Assembly (NCBI GenBank): GCA_017625615.1
Contig: JAGAKP010000015.1
Span: 15,146-79,145 of the forward strand
Direction of reading: 5' to 3'
DNA from: Clostridia bacterium
Lineage (GTDB): Bacteria > Bacillota > Clostridia > Oscillospirales > CAG-382
Length of the DNA: 64,000 nucleotides
Part shown: positions 17,134-26,404 of the stretch, piece by piece
How the letters are laid out: each line of letters opens with the position of its first letter
Position numbering within the stretch: the stretch's first letter is position 1
Notes under the pieces: generated by a model
Database searches by the model: none
Seen by the model: only the letters and a program-made list of their open reading frames with translations
What the model was told of the DNA's origin: nothing
Made by a program: the position numbers and the translations under genes

Positions 17134-18174
17134 TTATTCCTCCGAAAAGAGCGTGTTGTAAAAATCTCTGCGGAAAATGGAAAGCATATTGTTTTCCCGC
17201 GTGGGGTGGACGCGGTTGGTGAGCAATACGCCGTACACACCCGTGGAGTTATCCACGTAAAGTGACGTACCCGTGAATCCCGTGTGGCCGTAGGAGCCGT
17301 AGTGCATTTTGTTGCCTGCGGGGAATGGCTTGCCCGTATAAAGCTGAAATCCCAGCCCGCGGCTTTCGGAAAGGGAGGGCGTGTGGTCGGTAACCGCATA
17401 TTCAAAAAGGGAGGCGGAAAGATATCCCTTTCCCCGAAGGGAAAGCATACGTGCAAATCGGGTTGCGTCCGCAAGGGTGCAGAACGTTCCCGCATTGCCC
17501 GCAACACCGCCTAAAAATCGGGCGTTTTCATCGTGGACCACGCCGTTTATTATCTCCCCCGTGAAAATATCCTTTTCCGTGGAAGCGCAAGGAATACCCT
17601 TGGGCGGGTTGTAAAAGCTGTGGTTCATTTCAAGGGGAATAAATACCTTTTCCTTTACGATCTCGTCAAGGGGCTTTTTTTCGATACTTTCGAGTATTTT
17701 TCCAAGCAGTATATAGCCCATACAGCTATACACCGTTTTGCTTCCCGTTTCGTAAAACAGGTCGGGCGAGAGAATATACTCCGTTACTCTCGTCGGGTCG
17801 GGCTCTTTGTACAAGGGCAGATGCGCGGGAAGTCCCGAGGTGTGTGTCATAAGGCGGAAAATGGTTATATGATCTTTTCCGTAGCAGTTTTCGATATATT
17901 TGCCGATATTATCCTCTATATTTATCTTACCCTCCTCCACCATACGCAGGCACGCCATAGTGGTGCCTATAAGCTTGGAAAGGGACGCCATATCGAAGAG
18001 GGTATCCTCGGTAAGGTATTTTTCATTGGGATAAATGGAACGGTGACCGTAATGCTCGAAATACTCGACGTCTTCCCCTGCGCCCGCAGAGGCGGCAAAG
18101 CAAGGGTATGCGCCAAGGGACACGCCTTTTCTGAGCAGTGCGGACAATACCGGAGCAGTCTCCCGAAAATTCAT
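17134..18174 (-). CDS. Beta-lactamase-fold serine hydrolase (AmiE-like candidate)
   Basis: SxxK motif in FDMASLSKLIG. Its stop abuts the start of namZ. Confidence 0.8.
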   Translation of the reverse strand: MNFRETAPVLSALLRKGVSLGAYPCFAASAGAGEDVEYFEHYGHRSIYPNEKYLTEDTLFDMASLSKLIGTTMACLRMVEEGKINIEDNIGKYIENCYGKDHITIFRLMTHTSGLPAHLPLYKEPDPTRVTEYILSPDLFYETGSKTVYSCMGYILLGKILESIEKKPLDEIVKEKVFIPLEMNHSFYNPPKGIPCASTEKDIFTGEIINGVVHDENARFLGGVAGNAGTFCTLADATRFARMLSLRGKGYLSASLFEYAVTDHTPSLSESRGLGFQLYTGKPFPAGNKMHYGSYGHTGFTGTSLYVDNSTGVYGVLLTNRVHPTRENNMLSIFRRDFYNTLFSEE

Positions 18175-18210
18175 AAAAACACCCCCGAAAAACGGTTATT
18201 TGATAAGTGA

Positions 18211-18240
18211 ATTATACACCCGCAACGCACCCGTTGTCAA
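18211..18240 (-). promoter_or_regulatory. Sigma-A promoter of the hydrolase-namZ operon
   Basis: TTGACA-18 nt-TATAAT on the minus strand. Confidence 0.55.
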
Positions 18241-18257
18241 TGTTTACAATTAAAGGG

Positions 18258-18286
18258 TTGACTTACAGTAATTTACACGGTACAAT
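18258..18286 (+). promoter_or_regulatory. Sigma-A promoter
   Basis: TTGACT-17 nt-TACAAT upstream of ATG 18313. Confidence 0.55.
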
Positions 18287-18312
18287 AAATACACTGAAAA
18301 GGAGGTTAGTAT

Positions 18313-18915
18313 ATGAAAACAAAAAAATACCCTTGTTTGTGGGTATCCGTGCTGTATTTCCTGTGCGCCCTTTTGTACGTGGCGAAAATGCTGCTTGCCT
18401 ACGGTGTGGCTTTCGGTGAAAAGCTTGATATCGATTCAATAGCAAGCATCGTATATGCTTTCGTGTTCCTCACCTTCGGGCTTTTGCTTTTTACAAAGGA
18501 ATATCCCCTTGCAATTCCCGTGTGGCACGCCCTTAACGGAATGGCAAATTTTATTCACTGCGCGGTTGAGCTTATGGGTACTGCGATGATAGCCGTAGTA
18601 TTTGGCATTCTTTCGTCCTTGGGTGACGAAACCAACAATTCCGTTTCTCTCCCTCCCGTTTTTGCTTTTGTACATATAGCGGCGTTTTTGGCGGGAATGA
18701 CGGCTTGTGTGGTATTTATTATAATATACAAAAAGAAATTGCTTGGGTTTACTCCCATATTCTATATACCCGCGGCGGTTTCGGTTTTATGGGTGGCTTC
18801 TACGGTGGCAGTGCTTTGCATAACGGGTGAAAGCCGATACGCCTTTGACGCCGTTATCTCACTGCTGTACACGGTATCCCTCGTGCTGACGGGAAAAATA
18901 TTAAAAAATAATTAA
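18313..18915 (+). CDS. Polytopic membrane protein, function unknown
   Basis: 200 aa with about 6 TM helices. AGGAGG Shine-Dalgarno upstream. Confidence 0.6.
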   Translation: MKTKKYPCLWVSVLYFLCALLYVAKMLLAYGVAFGEKLDIDSIASIVYAFVFLTFGLLLFTKEYPLAIPVWHALNGMANFIHCAVELMGTAMIAVVFGILSSLGDETNNSVSLPPVFAFVHIAAFLAGMTACVVFIIIYKKKLLGFTPIFYIPAAVSVLWVASTVAVLCITGESRYAFDAVISLLYTVSLVLTGKILKNN

Positions 18916-18916
18916 A

Positions 18917-18937
18917 GGACGGAGTTTTTCTCCGTCC
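18917..18937. terminator. Terminator hairpin of the GGACGGAG family
   Basis: GGACGGAG-ttttt-CTCCGTCC followed by TTTGTTTTT. Confidence 0.7.
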
Positions 18938-18956
18938 TTTGTTTTTGTGGGGTGGT

Positions 18957-19005
18957 TTTCTCGTTCCTCGTTCCTCGTTCCGCGTTTCTCGTTCCGCGTT
19001 CCGGG
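18957..19005 (-). repeat. Heptamer run (CGMGRAA) x7
   Basis: The plus strand reads tttctcg ttcctcg ttcctcg ttccgcg tttctcg ttccgcg ttccggg. It is followed by GGGGTCCCC and hairpin GAGAAACC-aaa-GGTTTCT. Confidence 0.85.
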
Positions 19006-19041
19006 GTCCCCGAGAAACCAAAGGTTTCTTGGGGTGGCTTT

Positions 19042-19692
19042 TTACGCTTTGGAAGCAATCTTATTGATATCCGCCTCGCGGCCCACGGCGATGATATGGT
19101 CGCCTGCAAGGAAAATGAAATCTGCGCTGAAGAGAGGACGGATCTCGTCCCCGCGCTTGACGGCAACTATGTTTATGCGGTGCTTTCTCAGTATTTGCAA
19201 TTCCGCCACCGTTTTGTTTTCCCAAGAGCGTGCAATGGGGATCTCGTAAATAGAATATTCGCCGGCAAGGGGAACGTAATCGAAGACGTTGCGTGCGTTA
19301 TAGCGGTACGCCATACGGTATCCTATTTCCTTTTCGGGATACACAACCTCGTCTGCGCCGATTTTGTACAGAAACTCTTCCTGAATGGTGCGGTTTGCCT
19401 TGGTGCAAACGTATTTTGCGCCGTGCTTTTTGAGCAGAGAGGTGATAACGAGGGAGGATTCAAAGTTTTCGCCGATGGTTACAAAGCAAAGGTCGAAATC
19501 CTTTACGCCCAGGGATGCGATAACACCCTCGTTGGTGCAATCTCCGATGCTTGAATCGGTATAGATTTCGGGCAGGTCCTCGATAAGCTTGGCGTTAACG
19601 TCCACCACCATTACCTGATTGCCCAATTCCAGCATTTTTTCCGAAAGATGACGGCCGAACCGTCCCAAGCCGATTACCAAAACAGATTTCAT
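19042..19692 (-). CDS. trkA: TrkA/KtrA-type potassium uptake NAD-binding subunit
   Basis: VLVIGLGRFG Rossmann motif followed by an RCK C-terminal domain. Confidence 0.9.
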   Translation of the reverse strand: MKSVLVIGLGRFGRHLSEKMLELGNQVMVVDVNAKLIEDLPEIYTDSSIGDCTNEGVIASLGVKDFDLCFVTIGENFESSLVITSLLKKHGAKYVCTKANRTIQEEFLYKIGADEVVYPEKEIGYRMAYRYNARNVFDYVPLAGEYSIYEIPIARSWENKTVAELQILRKHRINIVAVKRGDEIRPLFSADFIFLAGDHIIAVGREADINKIASKA

Positions 19693-19711
19693 TTTTTATT
19701 TCTCCTTTATA

Positions 19712-21067
19712 TTATCCTATAAGCACCTTGCCCGAAGGACGCTCCACGGGAGGGTGAGAGCGTCTTTCCGCAAGGGAGAGTATGAACGTAAGTCCGCCAA
19801 GTCTGCCTGCGAACATCAACAGCATCAGCACTATTCTTGCGGGTATGGAAAGAGCAGGCGTTACGCCCATGGAAAGTCCCACGGTGCCCACTGCGGAAAT
19901 AACCTCGAAAAGCGCCTCTTTGAGGGATATATCCTCGATAGCACACAGCACTAAGGTGGCAAACGCCGCCGCAACGACGTAGATAAGTGCGATAGCGCTG
20001 GCTTGGCGGACGGTCTCATCGTCGATTTTGCGCTTGAAGGCGTTTACGCTTTTGTTTTTGCGGGCGCACGCCACCGTTGCCAGCACCAGCACCGCAAGGG
20101 TGGTGGTCTTCATACCGCCTGCCGTGGAGCCCGAGCATCCGCCGATAAGCATAAGGACGTCTGTGAGCAGTATGCCCGATTCCGACATTCCCTCAAAGGG
20201 GATGGCGTTAAAGCCTGCGGTACGGGGAGTGACGGCGGCAAAAAAGGAATGATATATCTTTTCCCAAAGGGTAAAGCCCTCGAAGGCGGGAGAGGAATAT
20301 TCAAACACGAGCATAAGCAGCCAGCCGCCGAAGAGAAGAACGGCAGATGCGGAAAGTGCTATTTTCGTATGGACGGAATAACGGGAAAAGCGGAATTTGT
20401 TTTTGAAAATATCGTCCCACACCAGAAATCCCGTGCCGCCCACCAGAATAAGCACGCCGATGGTTATGATTATAACGGGGTCGGAGGCTACGGTGGTCAG
20501 TGACGAAAAGGGCTCGTTTTTTCCGAAAAGGTCAAAGCCCGCGTTGCAAAAGGCGGAAACCGAATGGAACACCGAATACCATATACCGTCCCTCCAGCCA
20601 AAGGCGGGCACAAGGCGGAATGCCAGTATCACTGCCGCGAAAAGCTCGAAGCCCACCGTGCCCAAAACTATATAGCGGACGAAGGTGCCCAGCTTATTGT
20701 TCATGCTTTCCTTGCCGGTGGATTGCATCATCAGCTTGCGGTCGTTAAGGGTGAGCCGTTTTCCCGCAAAGAGAAACACCATAGACAGCACCGTCATAAG
20801 TCCCAGACCGCCGATCTGTATCATACACAAGATCACGGCTTGTCCGAACACGGACCAATAGGTATAGGTATCCTGCACGACAAGTCCCGTTACGCAGGTG
20901 GCGCTTACGGAGGTGAACAGCGCATCCCCGAAGGAAGCGCCTCCCTCCCCCTTGGTGGAGACGGGCAGGCACAAAAGGGTGGTGCCTACCAATATAACGA
21001 GCACGAAGCTTAAGGCTATAAGCTGTGTGACGGTAAGGTTAAAGCCGTTCTTTTTTTCAGCTCCCAT
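19712..21067 (-). CDS. trkH: TrkH/KtrB-type potassium transporter membrane subunit
   Basis: 451-aa polytopic protein with repeated MPM motifs (TGL, GGLG, TAGF, GLS). Confidence 0.9.
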   Translation of the reverse strand: MGAEKKNGFNLTVTQLIALSFVLVILVGTTLLCLPVSTKGEGGASFGDALFTSVSATCVTGLVVQDTYTYWSVFGQAVILCMIQIGGLGLMTVLSMVFLFAGKRLTLNDRKLMMQSTGKESMNNKLGTFVRYIVLGTVGFELFAAVILAFRLVPAFGWRDGIWYSVFHSVSAFCNAGFDLFGKNEPFSSLTTVASDPVIIITIGVLILVGGTGFLVWDDIFKNKFRFSRYSVHTKIALSASAVLLFGGWLLMLVFEYSSPAFEGFTLWEKIYHSFFAAVTPRTAGFNAIPFEGMSESGILLTDVLMLIGGCSGSTAGGMKTTTLAVLVLATVACARKNKSVNAFKRKIDDETVRQASAIALIYVVAAAFATLVLCAIEDISLKEALFEVISAVGTVGLSMGVTPALSIPARIVLMLLMFAGRLGGLTFILSLAERRSHPPVERPSGKVLIG

Positions 21068-21107
21068 TAAAAAATCCCCCGAAATACAAGAGTTTTCATA
21101 TATACAG

Positions 21108-21137
21108 ATTATACACCCTGACCACGCGTCTTGTCAA
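21108..21137 (-). promoter_or_regulatory. Sigma-A promoter of trkH-trkA
   Basis: TTGACA-18 nt-TATAAT on the minus strand. Confidence 0.55.
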
Positions 21138-21357
21138 TGCTTACGGCGGATTGGGGGCGTTTTTTGTAACCTGCACAAAAACGGCAGTATATTTTCTACA
21201 CGGCGCACTATTGCATAGCGGGAATATATATGGTAATATATATGTGGAAATGGAAATATTTACCAAATAATGTAAGGAAAGGCGGCGATACCAATGGTTT
21301 CATTTTTATCACAGAATACAAACGAGATTTATGAAATAAAATACGGAGGACTTTACA

Positions 21358-23145
21358 ATGAAGAAAAAAATCATTTCCCTCGCCGTGGTTGTTTTGCTCG
21401 CCGTTTCCTATTTAACCGTTCTTGCCGTTGCTGATACGGGCATTGAAGCGGAAAACGGAGTTATTACGGCAGAACTTCAAAGCGTAATGGATTCTGCAAC
21501 GGCTACAGCGAAAATCCCCGTAAGTATATGGACTACGGAAATTGACACGGCTGTTGTAGAAGAAATAGCGCTGGCAAAATCCGGCTACAACAAGGATAGT
21601 ATACGCGCTTTGGTAGACCAAGGCAAAATTGATACCGTTACCTTGGAAGACGTAGATAAATACATCGCCGCAGAGCGCAGAATATACGCGCAAATGCAAA
21701 CACAAGCACACCAAGCTTTTGTTAATGACTATGCATTTCTTAAAAAAGCAAGCACGGCAGAAGGCGCATATATATGCTCCTACGCACCTATGATGATAGT
21801 CGAGCTTACTACGTCGCAGATAGAAACACTTGCAAAAGATTCCGATGTTAATACGATGTATTATGCTCCAGAATCAGAATCATGCGCAGCAATAAATGTT
21901 GGAGCGGCTGTCACGAAAGCTGATTATGTCCGAGATACCGGCGGTTTATCTGGTAATAATATTAAAATAGGTATGATTGAAAAAGGCACCATTCCCGAAT
22001 CAACCGCGGTCTTACCTTCCGGACACGTAACCATCCAGACAGGACTTAATGTACCAGATGATCATTCAACGATGGTAGCGGAAATAATACTTTCGAACGG
22101 TTCATATAAAGGGATTGTGCCCGACGCAAATTTATATTGTACTGCATTTTCATATTTTACCAATATGTGTTCAAGAACTGAATGGCTACTATCTCAAAAT
22201 GTACACATAATTAATATGAGTTTCGGGTATACCAACGACTTTGGTGTGTATAATTTCATTGATAAATGGGTAGACCATATCGCGAATAGCCATAGCGTGC
22301 ATGTCGTTGTTGCCGCAGGAAACGTAGAAAATTTATCGCACCCTTATCATTATGTTATGCATCCGGCTATCGCCTACAATGTTGTAACTGTCGGAAACCT
22401 TGATGATAAAAACACTGCTATGTGGAACGATGATGAAATAAACCCATCTTCTTGTTATCAAGAAGTATATGTTAATGATGTTGCCACAACTGCAAATAAA
22501 CCCGACTTAGTAGCACCCGGTACTGATATCACGACTTCATCAGGATATACTAACACGGGCACAAGTTTCGCAGCGCCGCATGTCGCAGGAATTATGGCAC
22601 AATTAATACAACAAATGCCGGCACTTGCAACGCTTCAAGATTTAATGAAGGCTATACTAACTGCATCTATCAGCCATTCTGAACACCAATATGATTCAAA
22701 TGACGCGAATTTTGATATTTATGGAGCAGGAGTTGTTAATGCGCAAGACTGCACGTACACCAACTATAGAGGAACATTCGCCAGTTCTTCTTTTTCTTCA
22801 TCGGAATATGACACTTATAAAGAGTATACTTTCACCGCAACAAATACCGATACACAAATAAGAGTGTCTTTGGCATGGATTAAAAACGTCTTGTTTTCAA
22901 GTTCTAACGCTGGACATGTTTCGCTTCCTGATGTAGAAAGAGAGTTAGCGGATTTGGATTTAGTGATTATTGCTCCTAACGGCGCACAAATAACTCTGTC
23001 TGCTGATGCCAAAGCTAATCGTAACTCAAATCTTGAAATACTTCAATTTAATCCGGCAACATACGGTTACGGAACATATAAGGTCCGCGTATATATTAAT
23101 GAATCTACTGGGGCAAGAACTTATTTTGGTCTTGCGTGGTGGTAA
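21358..23145 (+). CDS. Secreted S8 (subtilisin-like) peptidase, atypical Asp motif
   Basis: Signal peptide. His motif DDHSTMVAE, Asn motif VVAAGN, Ser motif GTSFAAPHVAG. The canonical V-I-D-[ST]-G position reads GMIEKG. Confidence 0.85.
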   Translation: MKKKIISLAVVVLLAVSYLTVLAVADTGIEAENGVITAELQSVMDSATATAKIPVSIWTTEIDTAVVEEIALAKSGYNKDSIRALVDQGKIDTVTLEDVDKYIAAERRIYAQMQTQAHQAFVNDYAFLKKASTAEGAYICSYAPMMIVELTTSQIETLAKDSDVNTMYYAPESESCAAINVGAAVTKADYVRDTGGLSGNNIKIGMIEKGTIPESTAVLPSGHVTIQTGLNVPDDHSTMVAEIILSNGSYKGIVPDANLYCTAFSYFTNMCSRTEWLLSQNVHIINMSFGYTNDFGVYNFIDKWVDHIANSHSVHVVVAAGNVENLSHPYHYVMHPAIAYNVVTVGNLDDKNTAMWNDDEINPSSCYQEVYVNDVATTANKPDLVAPGTDITTSSGYTNTGTSFAAPHVAGIMAQLIQQMPALATLQDLMKAILTASISHSEHQYDSNDANFDIYGAGVVNAQDCTYTNYRGTFASSSFSSSEYDTYKEYTFTATNTDTQIRVSLAWIKNVLFSSSNAGHVSLPDVERELADLDLVIIAPNGAQITLSADAKANRNSNLEILQFNPATYGYGTYKVRVYINESTGARTYFGLAWW

Positions 23146-23172
23146 TGTAATTATCGAGAGGCGACTATATAA

Positions 23173-24036
23173 ATGAAAAGAATACTACTTATACCAGCTT
23201 TAATTGCTTTAATTTCAATTTGCACAATCGCTTGCAACACTATAGAGACAAGCGAAGCAAATATTGACATGGTTACTTCGAACGATATGTCCCAATCCAT
23301 AGAGGAAAGTGAGATCGACGAATCCTATAGTGACAAAGCGGAAGAAAGCGCGCCCGAAGCAAGTGCGCCTGACGAAAGCGAACCTGACGAGAGCGTGCCC
23401 GAAGTAAGCCTTCCGAACGAAGAAAATATTCCCGAAGAAAGCGACGCTGTAGCGGAGAATACCGAGCCTAAAGAAAACGACGGCTGGGATTTTCTTAAAG
23501 GGCTTCAAGTGTTTGGCGGTTGTATGTCCGATTCCTCGGATGCGGCTGTGCACCCCTTTGTGGACGGATTTTTGGAGGCCACCACACGATATTACCAATA
23601 TGAGGAAAACCTTGATCTGCTGTATCCCGTAAAAATTATTGTTTTTCGTTATACCGACATAAATTCTGCTTATGATCTGCCTCGCAGTTCAAAGCTGCTG
23701 AATGAAGTCGAATTTAAGCAGTTTGAAGATTGGCTCGGCGCAACAGACTTGAAATACCGCGCAAAAACAGAAAACACGCACGTATATCCCGAAGATAAAA
23801 ACACGGAAGAATATATCGTGGAATATACCTTCATACACACCGAATTGTCTGCAGACGATATGAACGAGCTCGTGGAATTGGGCAAAGAAAAGGGATATCG
23901 TTTAAATATACTCTTTTGCGCTGATGATGAATGTCTTGAGGGCAAGGACGTTTATTATCCCGACGGATGTGTGTGGCACGACTGCTACGAGGATTTCGGT
24001 AAAGAAATTCCCGAGGATTGCTTTAATAAAAAATAA
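23173..24036 (+). CDS. Lipoprotein with acidic linker and Cys-rich C-terminal domain
   Basis: Lipobox TIAC. An E/P/S-rich linker. The C-terminal domain resembles that of the 42603 lipoprotein. Confidence 0.6.
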   Translation: MKRILLIPALIALISICTIACNTIETSEANIDMVTSNDMSQSIEESEIDESYSDKAEESAPEASAPDESEPDESVPEVSLPNEENIPEESDAVAENTEPKENDGWDFLKGLQVFGGCMSDSSDAAVHPFVDGFLEATTRYYQYEENLDLLYPVKIIVFRYTDINSAYDLPRSSKLLNEVEFKQFEDWLGATDLKYRAKTENTHVYPEDKNTEEYIVEYTFIHTELSADDMNELVELGKEKGYRLNILFCADDECLEGKDVYYPDGCVWHDCYEDFGKEIPEDCFNKK

Positions 24037-24050
24037 ATGATACGCAAAAA

Positions 24051-24075
24051 GGACGGAGAACAAATTTCTCCGTCC
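24051..24075 (+). terminator. Terminator hairpin of the GGACGGAG family
   Basis: GGACGGAGAA-caaat-TTCTCCGTCC followed by TTT. Confidence 0.65.
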
Positions 24076-24150
24076 TTTGATATTGAGAAAAGCTTTTGTA
24101 GCACCGTGTCGAAAGCCGTAATATATTGATATTACGGAGGTTGATATTTT

Positions 24151-24882
24151 TTGGCTGATATAATTAACGGGATGCTGATACCCTTTATGGGCACCACCCT
24201 GGGTTCGGCGTGCGTATTCTTTTTAAAGGGGAAAATGCACCCGAGGGTGGAAAAGGCTTTTACGGGCTTTGCCGCGGGAGTTATGGTGGCGGCGTCCTTC
24301 TGGAGCCTGCTTCTGCCCGCCATTGAGGAAAGCGCGCACCTTGGAATATACAGATTTTTGCCATCGTTAACGGGAATGTGGCTTGGATTTATACTGATGC
24401 TCGCTCTTGACAGATATATTCCCACCAAAAAGGACGGAGATATATCCAAAATGCTGTTTTTGGCGGTGACTCTGCACAATATACCCGAGGGTATGGCGGT
24501 GGGAGTAATACTTGCGGGGCTTACACAAAACAGCGGCACCATAACCGCCGCGGCGGCTTTTTCGCTGTCGCTGGGAATAGCAATACAAAACTTCCCCGAG
24601 GGGGCAATAATATCGCTGCCCTTAAAGGCAAAGGGGGTAAGCAAGGGAAAAGCCTTTTTGCTTGGCGCCCTGTCCGGCGCGGCGGAGCCTGTGGCGGCGG
24701 TAATAACCTTTTTGCTGGCGGGTTCCGTTATTCCTCTTATACCCTATTTTCTTGCCTTTGCGGCAGGGGCGATGTTTTACGTGGTAGCGGAGGAATTGTT
24801 AAAGGAATCCTCCCACGTGGGCACGGTTTTCTTCGGCTTGGGACTTACGCTGATGATGATTATAGACTGTATTACGGGGTAG
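24151..24882 (+). CDS. ZIP-family divalent metal transporter (ZupT-like)
   Basis: LAVTLHNIPEGMAVG and IAIQNFPEG motifs. A TTG start follows GGAGG; ATG 24172 is an alternative. Confidence 0.85.
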   Translation: MADIINGMLIPFMGTTLGSACVFFLKGKMHPRVEKAFTGFAAGVMVAASFWSLLLPAIEESAHLGIYRFLPSLTGMWLGFILMLALDRYIPTKKDGDISKMLFLAVTLHNIPEGMAVGVILAGLTQNSGTITAAAAFSLSLGIAIQNFPEGAIISLPLKAKGVSKGKAFLLGALSGAAEPVAAVITFLLAGSVIPLIPYFLAFAAGAMFYVVAEELLKESSHVGTVFFGLGLTLMMIIDCITG

Positions 24883-24933
24883 TTGAAATTTTATTAAAAA
24901 GGTTGTATAATACAGGTAAGGACGTGATGAAAG

Positions 24934-25896
24934 ATGATTTTTGCAAAGCAGATAGAAAAAGTGTTCCGCTCCACCCTTTACGGCAGATGCGACGGGGACG
25001 GAAGCACCTTTTATTTTTCCCACCGCGATTTTGAAGGTCTTACGGCAACCCCCTATAACTTTACTTCCTCTGCGGGAAACACCCTTAAGGGATATTTTTA
25101 TTGCTACGAAAACCCCGACGAGAGCAGACTGATAGTATTTGACCACGGTTACGGCGGCGGGCACAGAGCCTATATGAAGGAGATCGAGATGCTGTGCAGT
25201 GGGGGCTACCGCGTTTTCGCATACGATCACACCGGCTGTATGGAGTCCGAGGGAGAAAGCACCAACGGGTTCGGGCAGTCACTTTGCGACCTTAACGATT
25301 GCCTGAACGCCTTGAAGGCGGACGAAAATATAAACACTGCGGATATTTCCGTAATGGGACACAGCTGGGGCGGATTTTCCACGCTGAACATCTGCGCACT
25401 TCATCCCGATATAACCCACGTGGTGGTGTTAAGCGGATTTGCTTCCGTGAAAAAAATGGTGGACCAGAACTTTGCAGGTCTGCTGAAAATGTACCGCAAG
25501 CATATTTACGAGGTGGAGCGTGCCTCCAACCCCGATTTCGTAGGCTACGACGGGGTGGAAAGCCTTTCAAAAACAGATGCGCGCGTTTTGCTTATTTATT
25601 CCGATGACGATAAATTGGTAAACAAGGAAATCCACTTCGATTACCTTAAAAAGGGACTTGAGGGCAAGGAAAATATTTCCTTTTTGCTTGTTGAGGGAAA
25701 GGGACACAATCCCAATTACACCAAGGAAGCACTCGTTAAGCTGAACGAATTCGTTGCCGCAAAAAAGACTGCGTACAAGAAAAAGGCGCTTTTAACCGAG
25801 GAGGAAAAGAAAGCCTTTATCGCATCCTTTGATTGGGATAAAATGACCGAGCAGGACGAAAAGGTCTGGGCGGAAATATATAAAGCGCTTGAATAG
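24934..25896 (+). CDS. Alpha/beta hydrolase
   Basis: GHSWGG nucleophile elbow with an S9/dienelactone-hydrolase-like layout. Confidence 0.75.
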   Translation: MIFAKQIEKVFRSTLYGRCDGDGSTFYFSHRDFEGLTATPYNFTSSAGNTLKGYFYCYENPDESRLIVFDHGYGGGHRAYMKEIEMLCSGGYRVFAYDHTGCMESEGESTNGFGQSLCDLNDCLNALKADENINTADISVMGHSWGGFSTLNICALHPDITHVVVLSGFASVKKMVDQNFAGLLKMYRKHIYEVERASNPDFVGYDGVESLSKTDARVLLIYSDDDKLVNKEIHFDYLKKGLEGKENISFLLVEGKGHNPNYTKEALVKLNEFVAAKKTAYKKKALLTEEEKKAFIASFDWDKMTEQDEKVWAEIYKALE

Positions 25897-25910
25897 AATA
25901 ACCTGAAAAA

Positions 25911-25936
25911 GGCTCTGCACGAAGCAGAGCCTTTTT
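25911..25936. terminator. Bidirectional terminator, GGCTCTGC family
   Basis: AAAAA-GGCTCTGC-acgaa-GCAGAGCC-TTTTT. The same stem recurs at 30055. Confidence 0.75.
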
Positions 25937-25942
25937 ATATAC

Positions 25943-26263
25943 TTATTTTTTATTCATCACTTTTACAAGTTCAAATATTGCGTTGAGCTGTGTATCATCC
26001 AAAAATTTCAGTTGTTTCACAATCGAATCAAGCCTTGAGGGGTTGACAGAGTTTAAATCAAAAAATTCATTCTCGGAAACATCAAGATATTCGCATATAT
26101 AGAAGAAACCCGTAAGCGACGGCAATGATTTCCCCGATTCAATATTATTGATGTATCCGGCATTTTGACCTATTGCAAGACTCATTTCCCGCGCAGAAAC
26201 GCCCTTGTTTTCTCTTAACTGTGCTAATCGTAAAGCAAACTGCTTTTCGTCCAATATATTCAC
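25943..26263 (-). CDS. XRE-family helix-turn-helix regulator
   Basis: LRLAQLRENKGVSAREMSLAIGQNAGYINNIESGK HTH. The start is uncertain: I favour GTG 26263, and the ORF-track extension to 26383 looks non-coding. Confidence 0.7.
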   Translation of the reverse strand: MNILDEKQFALRLAQLRENKGVSAREMSLAIGQNAGYINNIESGKSLPSLTGFFYICEYLDVSENEFFDLNSVNPSRLDSIVKQLKFLDDTQLNAIFELVKVMNKK

Positions 26264-26328
26264 CGCCTTCGTATAATATAATACCCCATATACACACGAA
26301 AAACATCGCTTTATTTCCGTTAAAGTTG

Positions 26329-26357
26329 TTGACTTATGGGTTTTAATATGATACAAT
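26329..26357 (+). promoter_or_regulatory. Sigma-A promoter
   Basis: TTGACT-17 nt-TACAAT with TGn extension, upstream of ATG 26405. Confidence 0.55.
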
Positions 26358-26404
26358 GTCAAAAAGGGCGGAAATGCGCCCACATTTTGAAAAGGAGCAT
26401 TGTT

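Noticed and set aside
21068-21137. c-di-AMP (ydaO-type) riboswitch upstream of trkH
   Set aside because: The predicted leader between the -10 box and the ATG is only about 35-40 nt, too short for the aptamer.
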